Translations under genes and position numbers: made by a program | Shown: piece after piece, positions 1 through 9,109 of the stretch | Layout: every line of letters begins with the position of its first letter | Position numbering within the stretch: position 1 is the first letter of the stretch | Source: an uncultured Eubacteriales bacterium | GTDB taxonomy: Bacteria; Bacillota; Clostridia; Lachnospirales; Lachnospiraceae | Reading direction: 5' to 3' | Assembly (NCBI GenBank): GCA_900316715.1 | Contig: ONEC01000002.1 | Span: 1,534 to 65,533, forward strand | Length of the DNA stretch: 64,000 nt | The notes under the pieces: model-generated | Database searches by the model: none | The model's input: only the letters and a program-made list of their open reading frames with translations | What the model was told of the DNA's origin: nothing

Positions 1-191
1 AAAAGTTGGGAATTGAGGCCTATGGCGTAGGCGTAACAGATAAGTATAGCGGAAAGGAATACAGAGAGTTTCGCGAAATCCTTGCACGTGACAAAGATTT
101 CCTCAAATGCATCTTTAAACCTGAGCCTACCTTCCTTGGAGAAAAGATCGATATCCACGGAGACGGAACCGTAACAGATGATGAAAAGTAA
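1..191 (+). CDS. 3' end of an unidentified protein (partial; start lies upstream of the window)
   Basis: Open frame runs from the window edge to TAA at 189-191 and is followed by a terminator hairpin. No diagnostic motif recognised. Confidence 0.5.
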   Translation, partial: KLGIEAYGVGVTDKYSGKEYREFREILARDKDFLKCIFKPEPTFLGEKIDIHGDGTVTDDEK

Positions 192-217
192 ATATCACCC
201 TGATCAGGGCATAATAA

Positions 218-240
218 GAGCCGGGATATAATCCCGGCTC
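218..240. terminator. Intrinsic terminator hairpin between convergent genes
   Basis: GAGCCGGGA-tataa-TCCCGGCTC, a 9-bp stem flanked by A/T-rich runs. It sits between the plus-strand partial CDS and the minus-strand EF-G paralog. Confidence 0.6.
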
Positions 241-248
241 AATTAATT

Positions 249-2321
249 TTACTGCTTTGCGTTTGCTTCGATTTCCTTCTTAGCAACTTCATCAGGTGCC
301 TGCTCATATCTTGCAAATTCATATGAGAAGACGCCGCTTCCTCTTGTCATAGAGTAAAGCTTTGTATCATACTCATAAAGTTCAAGATAAGGAATATCTG
401 CAAGTATTTCATGATATCCATTACCAAGAGGATTCATTCCGAGAACTCTTGCACGGCGCTTATTCAGATCGCCCATGATATCACCTGTATACTGATCAGG
501 TACCACAACTCTGAGAGACGCGATAGGCTCAAGGAGAACCGGACCTGCGTCCATGAAGCCCTGCTTGAAGGCCTGCTCTGTAGCAACCTTGAATGCAAGC
601 TCTGATGAATCTACTGCATGGTAGCTTCCATCATAGAGATTAACCTTAACTCCGAGAACAGGATAACCTGCAAGAGGCCCAGCCTTAACTGATTCTGCAA
701 TACCCTTCTCAACTGCTGGGAAGTAATTCTTAGGAACTGCTCCACCGACTACAGTCTGCTCAAATACATAAGGTGTCTCCATATCGCCCGATGGCTCGAT
801 AATGATCTTAACGTGTCCGTACTGACCATGCCCACCGGACTGTTTCTTATACTTATACTCTGTATCAGCTTTCTTTCTGATTGTTTCCTTAAATGCAATT
901 CTTGGACGTGAGAGCTCAATCTCAACCTTATACTTCTCAGCAAGTACGCTTCTTACAACATCGATATGAGTACCACTGATACCATAGATAAGTGTCTGTC
1001 CGTTCTCACTGTCGTTTACATACTTAAGGGTAAGGTCTTCCATCATCATCTTTGTAAGAGCCTGGGATATCTTATCCTCTTCACCCTTATTCTTAGCTGT
1101 ATACTTCAGATATACATAAGGCTTTGAAATCTGAGCACGGATATAAGTTACAGGAGTCTTCTTTGTTGAAAGAGTATCTGTTGTCTGGCTTACTGCAAGC
1201 TTAGCGAGAGCACCGATATCTCCTGCATGAAGTTCCTTAACTTCTTCTACCTTGCTTCCTGTGATAACATAGAGCTTTCCAATCTTCTCTTCTGTATCAC
1301 GGTGATAATTGAAGAGTGTATCGTCCGGCTTAAGAACACCTGAATTAACCTTTATAAGTGAATACTTTCCAATATATGGATCAACTATTGACTTAAAGAT
1401 ATATGCTGACTTAGGCTTTGAGAAGTCATAATCAGCTTCAAATACTTCATTATTAGTAGTATTGATTCCTGCACACTTACACTTATCAGGACTTGGGAAA
1501 TACTTGATGATATCAGCCATCAGAGTATACATACCTCTTGCCATTGTGTTAGATCCCATAAGTACAGGAACAACTGAACCGTCACATACGCCTACACGAA
1601 GTGCTGAACGGATCTCATCCTCTGAGAAGGTATCTCCTTCAAAGAATCTTTCCATAAACTCTTCACTGGTCTCAGCTACTGCTTCAACAAGTGCATCACG
1701 ACAGATATTGAGGTTTTCATATGAATAATCAGGTACATCAAACTTATCAACTGTACCCTTGTCATTCCATCTCTTTGCCTTCTGCTGAATAACATTTACA
1801 TATCCGACAAACTGCTCATTCTCACGGATTGGAAGATGGAAAGGAGCAATTCTCTTGCCATACATTTCCTGAAGCTTCTGAACTACTTCTCTGAAGCTGG
1901 CCTTGTCATCATCCATACCTGTTACGAAAACCATTCTCGGAAGTTTCTTCTTCTCACATGCTTCCCACGCACGTACAGTTCCTTCTTCGATTCCGGTCTT
2001 TCCTGATACAACGATGATAGCGGCGTCGGCTGCTGATACAGCTTCCTCAACCTCACCTACAAAATCAGGATAACCAGGTGTATCCAGCAGGTTTATCTTA
2101 TACTCTTCCCAAGGAACAGGAACCACTGTGGTCTTCAGAGAAATCTTTCTCTTAATCTCTTCCTTGTCATAATCACTTATCGTATTACCGTTCTCGACTG
2201 TTCCCATACGATTAGTAAATCCGGCCAGATAAGCAATGGCTTCAACAAGTGAAGTCTTGCCACAACCCCCATGTCCCAAAAGGACAACATTACGGATCTT
2301 ATCCGTGGTAAATACGTTCAT
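249..2321 (-). CDS. EF-G family translational GTPase paralog (EF-G2-like)
   Basis: About 690 aa with EF-G domain order. G1 is GHGGCGKT, G3 is DTPGYPDF, and the C-terminal EF-G IV/V-like part includes HGQYGHV. GGAGG lies 7 nt upstream of the ATG at 2321 (MNVFTT...), so the 5-codon longer ORF start was rejected. Confidence 0.85.
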   Translation of the reverse strand: MNVFTTDKIRNVVLLGHGGCGKTSLVEAIAYLAGFTNRMGTVENGNTISDYDKEEIKRKISLKTTVVPVPWEEYKINLLDTPGYPDFVGEVEEAVSAADAAIIVVSGKTGIEEGTVRAWEACEKKKLPRMVFVTGMDDDKASFREVVQKLQEMYGKRIAPFHLPIRENEQFVGYVNVIQQKAKRWNDKGTVDKFDVPDYSYENLNICRDALVEAVAETSEEFMERFFEGDTFSEDEIRSALRVGVCDGSVVPVLMGSNTMARGMYTLMADIIKYFPSPDKCKCAGINTTNNEVFEADYDFSKPKSAYIFKSIVDPYIGKYSLIKVNSGVLKPDDTLFNYHRDTEEKIGKLYVITGSKVEEVKELHAGDIGALAKLAVSQTTDTLSTKKTPVTYIRAQISKPYVYLKYTAKNKGEEDKISQALTKMMMEDLTLKYVNDSENGQTLIYGISGTHIDVVRSVLAEKYKVEIELSRPRIAFKETIRKKADTEYKYKKQSGGHGQYGHVKIIIEPSGDMETPYVFEQTVVGGAVPKNYFPAVEKGIAESVKAGPLAGYPVLGVKVNLYDGSYHAVDSSELAFKVATEQAFKQGFMDAGPVLLEPIASLRVVVPDQYTGDIMGDLNKRRARVLGMNPLGNGYHEILADIPYLELYEYDTKLYSMTRGSGVFSYEFARYEQAPDEVAKKEIEANAKQ

Positions 2322-2440
2322 GCTAACTACCTCCATAATATTGTTGTTTTTTGCCTTAATTTGATAATCCCCAATATCTTTTCAAAGACATGTCACTATT
2401 ATATCAGAAATTAGCCCTACTGAATACGAATAATTCAGAA

Positions 2441-2474
2441 AAATTTAAAAAAGTGGCAGAAATTGTCTGCCACT
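2441..2474 (-). terminator. Intrinsic terminator of the antiporter gene
   Basis: AGTGGCAGA-aatt-GTCTGCCACT hairpin followed on the minus strand by TTTTTTAAATTT. Confidence 0.7.
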
Positions 2475-2506
2475 TCTATACAAATCCATTATATTATCTT
2501 TTTTCT

Positions 2507-3715
2507 CTATGCTTTTAATGTTCCCGGAATCTTATTATCCTTCGTCGGAGTATCCTTGGAATATAAGATTTTCAGAATAACCGGTGTAAGTATGGAACTG
2601 CATATGATAAGAAGGATAACAGATGTAAAGTATCTGCTGTCCATAAGTCCTACTGCAAGTCCCTTCTGTGACACAATGAGAGCAACCTCTCCTCTTGTCA
2701 TCATTCCAACTCCAATCTTAAGTGTGTCCTTGCCCTTAAAACCTAATGCTCTTCCTGCCAGGCCACATCCTATGATCTTTGCAAGCATACCCGTAAGTAC
2801 AAATGCCAGAGAGAACAGAAGTATACTCATATCAAGAGTCTTTATATTGGTCTGAAGACCTATACTTGCGAAGAATACCGGTCCGAAAAGCATGTATGAG
2901 TTAACATCCATCTTTCTGTCGATATACTTGGAATCATCTAATGAACTAAGTATAATACCTGCCACATAAGCTCCGGTAATATCTGCCACACCGAAGGTTT
3001 CCTCTGCCAGATAGGAAAGCGTAAATGCAAGAGCAAGTCCAATGATAGGAATTCTTCTTGTATGAGGATGCTTCTTATCTACTATCTTAAGTACTCTGTA
3101 TATTCCATATCCCACAACAGCCGAAAGAATAAAGAACAGAGCTGTTTTCACAACTACCATTCCAATGGAATTAGAAGGATCCTTAAAGGATATAACCATT
3201 GTAAGCACAAGAATACCGATAACATCATCGATTATGGCTGCACTGAGAATAGTGGTTCCTATCTCATCTGACAGCTTTCCTAATTCCTTAAGTGCCTGTA
3301 CTGTAATACTTACAGATGTAGCTGTAAGAATGGTTCCTATATAAACAGCTTTAAGAAAGTCCTCCGTTCCCGGTGCTGAGAAACCATAGAAACACATGAA
3401 CAGAACTGTTCCGCTTACAAGAGGAACAAAAACTCCCGCACATGCTATTACTGTAGCTTTAAACCCTGTTCTCTTAAGCTGTTTGATATCTGTTTCCAGG
3501 CCGGCACTGAACATAAGCATGATTACACCTATCTCAGCCATTCCTGCCAGAAAATCAGATTCGCTCATCAACTTGAGGAAACTTGGTCCAAGAATAAGTC
3601 CTGCAATTATCTCACCTACAACCTGTGGTGCCTTAAGCTTTCTTGCGATAAGTCCGAAGAACTTTGCAAATACAATAATAATTGCAAGTTGAATAAGAAT
3701 CTGCTGGGTATCCAT
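2507..3715 (-). CDS. Cation:proton antiporter (Na+/H+ exchanger family, CPA-type membrane domain)
   Basis: About 402 aa and polytopic. The N-terminus LAIIIVFAKFFGLIARKLKAPQVVGEIIAGLILGPS is typical of Kef/NapA-type exchangers. Start placed at MDTQQ (ATG at 3715). Confidence 0.8.
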   Translation of the reverse strand: MDTQQILIQLAIIIVFAKFFGLIARKLKAPQVVGEIIAGLILGPSFLKLMSESDFLAGMAEIGVIMLMFSAGLETDIKQLKRTGFKATVIACAGVFVPLVSGTVLFMCFYGFSAPGTEDFLKAVYIGTILTATSVSITVQALKELGKLSDEIGTTILSAAIIDDVIGILVLTMVISFKDPSNSIGMVVVKTALFFILSAVVGYGIYRVLKIVDKKHPHTRRIPIIGLALAFTLSYLAEETFGVADITGAYVAGIILSSLDDSKYIDRKMDVNSYMLFGPVFFASIGLQTNIKTLDMSILLFSLAFVLTGMLAKIIGCGLAGRALGFKGKDTLKIGVGMMTRGEVALIVSQKGLAVGLMDSRYFTSVILLIICSSILTPVILKILYSKDTPTKDNKIPGTLKA

Positions 3716-3866
3716 TACATCATCTCCAAATAATATTATGATATCCCCCTCAAACACTCTCTCCTAAGTGTTCAACTCAGCATCTTACTCTATAACTTGC
3801 ATTTTGTCCACAAGGAATTACCCTAATTTTTGTAGGATTTTTAATCTTCCGAATTTCCGCACCTCT

Positions 3867-4142
3867 TTATGCCTCCGTAGTCTGTGCTTCCACAAACCAC
3901 CTGTTATTCCCCTCATAATATACATGACTGCTGTGTCCGTCTATTATACAGGTATATCTGAGTCCTCTTCCTCCGGCGGCAAGACAAGCAGCATATCTTA
4001 TGTCAGTAACTCTCTGGATCTCATACAGACTTCCGTCCCGCCATCTGAGACTCTTGGGAATTATATCGCCGTTCCGCGTAAATACAGCGTCAACTTCTAC
4101 ATACACCTTGGCCCTGCCACAGGGTTCGATGACGTCATTCAT
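3867..4142 (-). CDS. Small hypothetical protein (91 aa), divergent from the S24/XRE repressor
   Basis: AAGGAGG lies 7 nt upstream of the ATG at 4142 (MNDVIEPCGRAKVYVEV...). The predicted promoter would put the transcription start near 4215, which excludes the longer ORF start at 4214. No known motif. Confidence 0.6.
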   Translation of the reverse strand: MNDVIEPCGRAKVYVEVDAVFTRNGDIIPKSLRWRDGSLYEIQRVTDIRYAACLAAGGRGLRYTCIIDGHSSHVYYEGNNRWFVEAQTTEA

Positions 4143-4222
4143 GGTCCTGCCTCCTTTCTCAGCGCTGTTACAGAGACTCTCTCTCCCGGCTCTGCACCCT
4201 CCTTGCGCTGTCAATTAAGCAG

Positions 4223-4251
4223 ATTATAACTCCAATAATTTTAGATTTCAA
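4223..4251 (-). promoter_or_regulatory. Putative sigma-A promoter for the small orphan gene
   Basis: Minus strand reads TTGAAA, a 17-nt spacer, then TATAAT. Confidence 0.5.
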
Positions 4252-4281
4252 GAATAAATATCTAATATTGTTAGATTTTTA

Positions 4282-4310
4282 TTGAATTATTCCAATATAT
4301 CTGTTATAGT
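4282..4310 (+). promoter_or_regulatory. Putative sigma-A promoter for the S24/XRE repressor gene
   Basis: Plus strand reads TTGAAT, a 17-nt spacer, then TATAGT, about 60 nt upstream of the ATG at 4372. Confidence 0.5.
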
Positions 4311-4371
4311 TATGACATGAGATTCCAGACATTTTACCGGCATTCATGCCATATGGAGGTTACAGATATTT

Positions 4372-5073
4372 ATGGAGAAGATTAATAACACCTTACTCGG
4401 AAGCAGGCTGAAGGAGCTGCGTAAGTCCGCAGGCTTATCCCAGGTTGAGGTAGCCGACAGGCTTTCTTCCAGGGGCTACATCGTTAAGTCAGGTGCAGTA
4501 AGTGCATGGGAGACCGGAGTGAGCCAGCCTAACTCGGAGCAGTTTCTCACACTTTGCGATTTATACGGTATTACAAATATAAGACAGAACTTCAGGGAAT
4601 ATTTTAAGATAGCACCGGTTGATCCGATGAATGAACTAAATCAGGAAGGCCAGCAGCTGGCTATGAATTATGTAAACCTACTTATCAAGAGTGGGGATTA
4701 TATGAAACGTCAACGCACCATCAGACTCTTCAACCTGCCTGCTTCTGCAGGAACAGGTGAATTCCTTGATGGTGATGATTATCAGACTGTGGTGATCGGA
4801 GATGAAGTTCCTGATTCCGCAGATTTCGGAATAAGAATACATGGTGATAGTATGGAACCCCGTTATACCAACGGACAGGTTGTTTATGTACATAGGACTT
4901 CCGAGCTGAGCGATGGCGACATCGGAATATTCTACCTGGACGGCTCAGCCTACTGCAAGATTCTGCACAAGGCCGGAAGGAAGCTGTCACTGGTATCCAT
5001 CAACTCAGCATATAAACCTATACCTGTCAGAGAGACAAGTGAGTTTAAGGTATTCGGAAAAGTCGTAATATAA
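4372..5073 (+). CDS. XRE-family HTH plus S24 peptidase (LexA/CI-like) self-cleaving-type repressor
   Basis: N-terminal HTH (LKELRKSAGLSQVEVADRL). The C-terminal S24 fold has a Ser in HGDSMEP and a Lys in AYCKIL, which form the Ser-Lys dyad. GGAGG RBS present. Confidence 0.85.
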   Translation: MEKINNTLLGSRLKELRKSAGLSQVEVADRLSSRGYIVKSGAVSAWETGVSQPNSEQFLTLCDLYGITNIRQNFREYFKIAPVDPMNELNQEGQQLAMNYVNLLIKSGDYMKRQRTIRLFNLPASAGTGEFLDGDDYQTVVIGDEVPDSADFGIRIHGDSMEPRYTNGQVVYVHRTSELSDGDIGIFYLDGSAYCKILHKAGRKLSLVSINSAYKPIPVRETSEFKVFGKVVI

Positions 5074-5074
5074 T

Positions 5075-5926
5075 TTATATATTCAGATATCTCTTCAGAT
5101 CAGCCAGAACTCTCTTACCCTCTCTTCTTCCCATCATATAAACTCTGTGAAGTTCCTTTGGGTTCCTCTCGGTTCTGCTGATATTAAGACTTTCAGGAGG
5201 TCGGATAACGAACACTGAGTTCGATGCCTCTCGTTCCTCTATATATTTAAGCGTCTCGTTATACATTTCGGGGCGCTTTTTTAATGTCTTTGCCATTCCC
5301 GGTCTCTTAATGCTTACTATAGCTGTTGTAAGCTTATGTCCCATACTGCTCTTCTTAGTATATCCGGCAGGCTGGGTAAGAATGACTACATTTTTATTAT
5401 AGCCTATGCTTTCAAAAAATCTGATAGGTACGGAATCTGCTATTCCGCCATCCATCATGTCGTGCTTGCCGATCTTTACGGAATTTGCCACCAGCGGCAG
5501 TGAGGCTGAAGCCCTTATCCACTCCATATCAAAGAAGCCGCCGTTATTTATCTTATGATATACCGGTTTTCCGTTCTTTACTTCGGTCGTAACTACATAG
5601 AACTCCATCGGATTCTTCTGAAAAGCTTCCACATCAAAATAGTCCAGTTTCTTCGGAAGATAATGATAACAGAACTGTGCCCCGTACATATCTCCTGTTT
5701 TGATCAGCGACTTCAGACTGCAGTATCTGTCATCACGGCAGTACTTCATATTATATCTGATGGCTCTTCCCACCTGATGGGATTTATAATTGCAGCCAAA
5801 TACAGCGCCGGCAGATACACCAACTGCACCGTCAAACTCTATTCCGTTCTCCATTAAGATATCAAGTATACCGGCGGTAAATAATCCACGCATTCCGCCG
5901 CCCTCAAGTATTAAACCCTTTTTCAT
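5075..5926 (-). CDS. Patatin-like phospholipase
   Basis: MKKGLILEGGGMRG oxyanion motif and GVSAG nucleophile motif. GGAGGG lies 4 nt before the ATG at 5926. The 100-codon upstream extension overlaps the divergent gene and was rejected. Confidence 0.85.
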   Translation of the reverse strand: MKKGLILEGGGMRGLFTAGILDILMENGIEFDGAVGVSAGAVFGCNYKSHQVGRAIRYNMKYCRDDRYCSLKSLIKTGDMYGAQFCYHYLPKKLDYFDVEAFQKNPMEFYVVTTEVKNGKPVYHKINNGGFFDMEWIRASASLPLVANSVKIGKHDMMDGGIADSVPIRFFESIGYNKNVVILTQPAGYTKKSSMGHKLTTAIVSIKRPGMAKTLKKRPEMYNETLKYIEEREASNSVFVIRPPESLNISRTERNPKELHRVYMMGRREGKRVLADLKRYLNI

Positions 5927-6104
5927 ATTGCCCTCCATAAAATACCTACGCCGTTCGGACCGCATTTCAACGCACAGCCCTCGCCCACTATTGTACCAAA
6001 TCACAGCGCATTTTGCACATTTTAAAAGAAGAACTTTAGGCATTTTCAATTTTGACACCATTTCTATTAAATGATAAAATCTAAAAAGTTGAGGGAGATT
6101 AAAA

Positions 6105-6740
6105 ATGAATAATAAAAGAAAGCGACCTAAGAAGCATAAGCGTCTTCTGACGACGATTCTTATGCTTATTCTTATATTTTGCTGTATATTTATTTCGACT
6201 ATGATTTCTATCTGGAGATATGGCAAGAAAGACTCAAAGCAGCAGGCTGACGTAGCTATCGTGCTGGGGGCCAGCCTGTCATCCGACGGTGTTTCACCTG
6301 TATTCCGTGAGAGACTGAACCATGGAATATGGCTGTATCAGAACGGATATGTAGATAAGATCATTCTTACCGGTGGTCTTGGCGAAGGAAGCTATCAGAG
6401 TGATGCTTTCGTTGCCGGCCAGTATGTAAAAGATCAGGGTGTTCCTGAAGACGCGATCATTCTTGAAGAAGAATCAAGGATTACTCAGGAGAATCTGATC
6501 AATTCAAAGAAGATAATGGACGATCTGGGTTATTCCACTGCTATAATAGTCAGTGACCCGATCCATATGAAGCGTTCTATGCTGATGGCCAAGGACGCGG
6601 GAATAACAGCTTACAGCTCTCCTACGCCGACATCCATGTATCAGAGCCGTGAGAGCATCCTTCCTTTCCTTGCGAGGGAATCCATATTATATATGGGCTA
6701 TGGTGTATATCGTGTATTTATAAAGCTATTTGACCTTTAA
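6105..6740 (+). CDS. DUF218 / YdcF (SanA/ElyC-like) family membrane-anchored protein
   Basis: N-terminal TM helix, then VAIVLGA...ILTGG...SRITQEN...IVSDPIHMKR, which is typical of DUF218. Confidence 0.8.
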   Translation: MNNKRKRPKKHKRLLTTILMLILIFCCIFISTMISIWRYGKKDSKQQADVAIVLGASLSSDGVSPVFRERLNHGIWLYQNGYVDKIILTGGLGEGSYQSDAFVAGQYVKDQGVPEDAIILEEESRITQENLINSKKIMDDLGYSTAIIVSDPIHMKRSMLMAKDAGITAYSSPTPTSMYQSRESILPFLARESILYMGYGVYRVFIKLFDL

Positions 6741-6765
6741 TGCTTCAATATAACAGGAGATTAAA

Positions 6766-8232
6766 ATGAATATACTTGCAGACCTCGAACCGGCATCCGT
6801 ATTCAGCTATTTCGAAGAGATATGCTCTATACCACACGGTTCACGCGATACAAAAAGAATAAGTGATTATCTGGCCGGATTTGCGGCAGAGCACGGGCTC
6901 AGCTGTATCCAGGACGAATATAACAACATTATCATTAAGAAGCCGGGTTCTGCCGGACGTGAATCAGAAGTCCCTGTCATTATCCAGGGTCACATGGACA
7001 TGGTCTGTGAGAAGGAACCTGACTGTAATATAGACTTTTCTACAGACGGGCTGAGACTAAAAATAGAAAATGGCATGATAACAGCCGACGGAACTACTCT
7101 CGGTGGTGATGACGGAATAGCCGTTGCTTACGCTCTTGCCATCTTAGATTCTGATACCATAAGTCATCCTCCTATCGAAGCAGTCATTACTGTTGATGAG
7201 GAGATCGGCATGCTGGGTGCAGCAGCTCTCGACATGTCAGTTCTCGAAGGAAGACGACTTCTCAATATAGACTCCGAAGATGAAGGCCATCTTCTTGTAA
7301 GCTGCGCCGGCGGAGTTACAGCATCCGTTAATCTTCCGATAGAGAGCCAGAACATGGATGCACTGTATAACGACCCTGTATTCATAAAGCTTTCCGTTAC
7401 CGGTCTTATGGGCGGTCACTCGGGCGTTGAAATTGATAAGGGCCGTGCTAATTCAAATGTACTGCTGGGCAGAGCTCTTTATGAAATATCCGGCAGCACT
7501 GCATTTAATCTGAAGAGCGTTTCAGGCGGACTTAAGGATAATGCTATCCCAAGGATGTCCGAAGCTGTTCTTGTTACAGACCGTACATCGATTGATAAGA
7601 TAAAAGATATATGCGAAACTCTTACAGCTGAGCTGCATGCGGAATATTCGCTGACAGATCCGGAGATACTCATTTCTATAGAAGAAACTCCTTCCAGTGA
7701 GGCTCTTCCTACAGCAATGACTACTGAATCCGGCCGCAGGGTGATCACAGCCATCTACAACATGCCTTCCGGAATACAGAACATGAGCTTCAGCCTTCCG
7801 GGACTTGTGGAGACATCTCTTAACATGGGCATACTTTTTACCGAAGCGGACAAGGTTGTAATGTCCTATTCCGTACGAAGCAGCGTAGGTTCCAGAAAAG
7901 ATGAACTGGTGAACCGTCTCCGCTGTCTGGCAGAAGCCCTGGGTGGAAATGTGACCACTGAAGGAGCTTATCCTGCCTGGGAATATCTGGAGAACTCTCC
8001 TCTCAGAGAGGCAATGATATCAGTATATGAAGATATGTATAAGAAGAAGCCTGTGATAGAGTCCATACACGCAGGTGTAGAGTGCGGACTCTTTGCTGAC
8101 GGCCTTCCGGGGCTCGATGCCGTATCCTTTGGTCCGGATATTCATGACATCCATACACCTAAGGAAGCACTCGATATAGAAAGCGTAAAGAGAACCTGGG
8201 AGTATATTCTCAAGGTACTTGAAGTTATATAA
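6766..8232 (+). CDS. pepD: Aminoacyl-histidine (Xaa-His) dipeptidase, M20 family
   Basis: 488 aa. FEEICSIPHGS, IIQGHMDMVCEK, GGDDGIAVA and VDEEIGMLGA are motifs characteristic of PepD. Confidence 0.9.
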   Translation: MNILADLEPASVFSYFEEICSIPHGSRDTKRISDYLAGFAAEHGLSCIQDEYNNIIIKKPGSAGRESEVPVIIQGHMDMVCEKEPDCNIDFSTDGLRLKIENGMITADGTTLGGDDGIAVAYALAILDSDTISHPPIEAVITVDEEIGMLGAAALDMSVLEGRRLLNIDSEDEGHLLVSCAGGVTASVNLPIESQNMDALYNDPVFIKLSVTGLMGGHSGVEIDKGRANSNVLLGRALYEISGSTAFNLKSVSGGLKDNAIPRMSEAVLVTDRTSIDKIKDICETLTAELHAEYSLTDPEILISIEETPSSEALPTAMTTESGRRVITAIYNMPSGIQNMSFSLPGLVETSLNMGILFTEADKVVMSYSVRSSVGSRKDELVNRLRCLAEALGGNVTTEGAYPAWEYLENSPLREAMISVYEDMYKKKPVIESIHAGVECGLFADGLPGLDAVSFGPDIHDIHTPKEALDIESVKRTWEYILKVLEVI

Positions 8233-8305
8233 ATTCGTTCAATCTCATTGAACATTCTGAATGCTGCGAAGAGTTCCTGTATGTGCGTCGAATGGGGGAA
8301 ATAAA

Positions 8306-9109
8306 ATGGCAAAATATCAGGTAAATTCAATCAATGAATTCAAAGATCGAGCAATCGAGAATAATATCACTCTTGAGGACAAGCGTTTCTTCATTGGAAC
8401 CGACTGCCATGAACCATGCTGTTTCGGTGTATACCAGGATGAGAACAGCGGTGAATGGGTAGCCTATAAGAATAAATCAAATGGTGAGCGTATCGAACGA
8501 TACAGGGGACCTGAAGAGGCTTTGGCATGTCAGCTGCTCTGGGATAAGCTTGAAGATGAGATAGACATGCGTCTTCGTAAATACGGTGGTTCACTGGGTC
8601 CTGACAGCTCCAGTCCCTATGGCAAGACCACCTCGGGTGAGATAGTACCCAGAAGCACCTATACTCCCACCACCAGGGACGGACAGCGAAGAAGTCCCGC
8701 AAAATTAGTTATCATCGTTCTCATAATATATGCACTGCTGGCAGGATTTTCCGGAAAACTGCTTTCATTCTTCCGAAATAACGTCCATACCACAAGGTAT
8801 AACGACAGTACTCCATACGAAAGTACGTATGACTATAATAATGACAGCTATTATGATTCCGACAGCTATGACAGCAGCTACGACGGTTATAATTATAACT
8901 ATAACTACGATTACTACTATAATTATGACTACGACAATTCGTATGACAGCTACGACTCATACGACAGCTACGATTATTACAACTATGACAGCTATGATTC
9001 ATATGACAGTTACGACAGCTACGACTCTTACGACAGCTGGGACTGGGATTCCGGTTCCGACTGGGATAGCTGGGACAGCTGGGACTCCGATTGGGATTCC
9101 GACTGGTAA
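8306..9109 (+). CDS. Single-pass membrane protein with a Y/D/S/N/W-only C-terminal tail
   Basis: GGGGGA RBS before the ATG at 8306 (MAKYQVN...). Globular N-domain, TM helix LVIIVLIIYALLAGF, then about 100 aa made almost only of Y, D, S, N and W. Confidence 0.7.
   Translation: MAKYQVNSINEFKDRAIENNITLEDKRFFIGTDCHEPCCFGVYQDENSGEWVAYKNKSNGERIERYRGPEEALACQLLWDKLEDEIDMRLRKYGGSLGPDSSSPYGKTTSGEIVPRSTYTPTTRDGQRRSPAKLVIIVLIIYALLAGFSGKLLSFFRNNVHTTRYNDSTPYESTYDYNNDSYYDSDSYDSSYDGYNYNYNYDYYYNYDYDNSYDSYDSYDSYDYYNYDSYDSYDSYDSYDSYDSWDWDSGSDWDSWDSWDSDWDSDW

Noticed and set aside
249-2321. EF-G paralog as a Tet(M)/Tet(O)-type ribosomal protection (tetracycline resistance) gene
   Set aside because: The N-terminal G-domain motifs differ from the Tet(M) pattern I remember (AHVDAGKTT, DTPGH), and there is no conjugative-transposon context. 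I cannot support a resistance call from the sequence alone.
4143-4214. Longer start (MTAQGGCRAG...) for the small orphan gene
   Set aside because: The predicted TATAAT at 4223-4228 puts the transcription start at about the position of that ATG. The internal ATG at 4142 has a strong AAGGAGG RBS.
4372-5073. S24/XRE repressor as the marker of a prophage or integrative element
   Set aside because: No integrase, excisionase, Cro/antirepressor, structural or lysis genes, and no att-like repeats, occur within several kb. The flanks are a patatin gene and an antiporter gene.
5927-6226. 100-codon N-terminal extension of the patatin ORF
   Set aside because: The conserved patatin start MKKGLILEGGG has GGAGGG just upstream. 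The extension overlaps the divergent DUF218 gene start (6105) and has an implausible composition.
8860-9106. Short tandem DNA repeats that might be taken for a CRISPR or VNTR array (likewise 54590-54900)
   Set aside because: The repeats are in-frame coding repeats (9-bp SYD units, 33-bp QQGYDQSYSQA units). There are no unique spacers, leader or cas genes.
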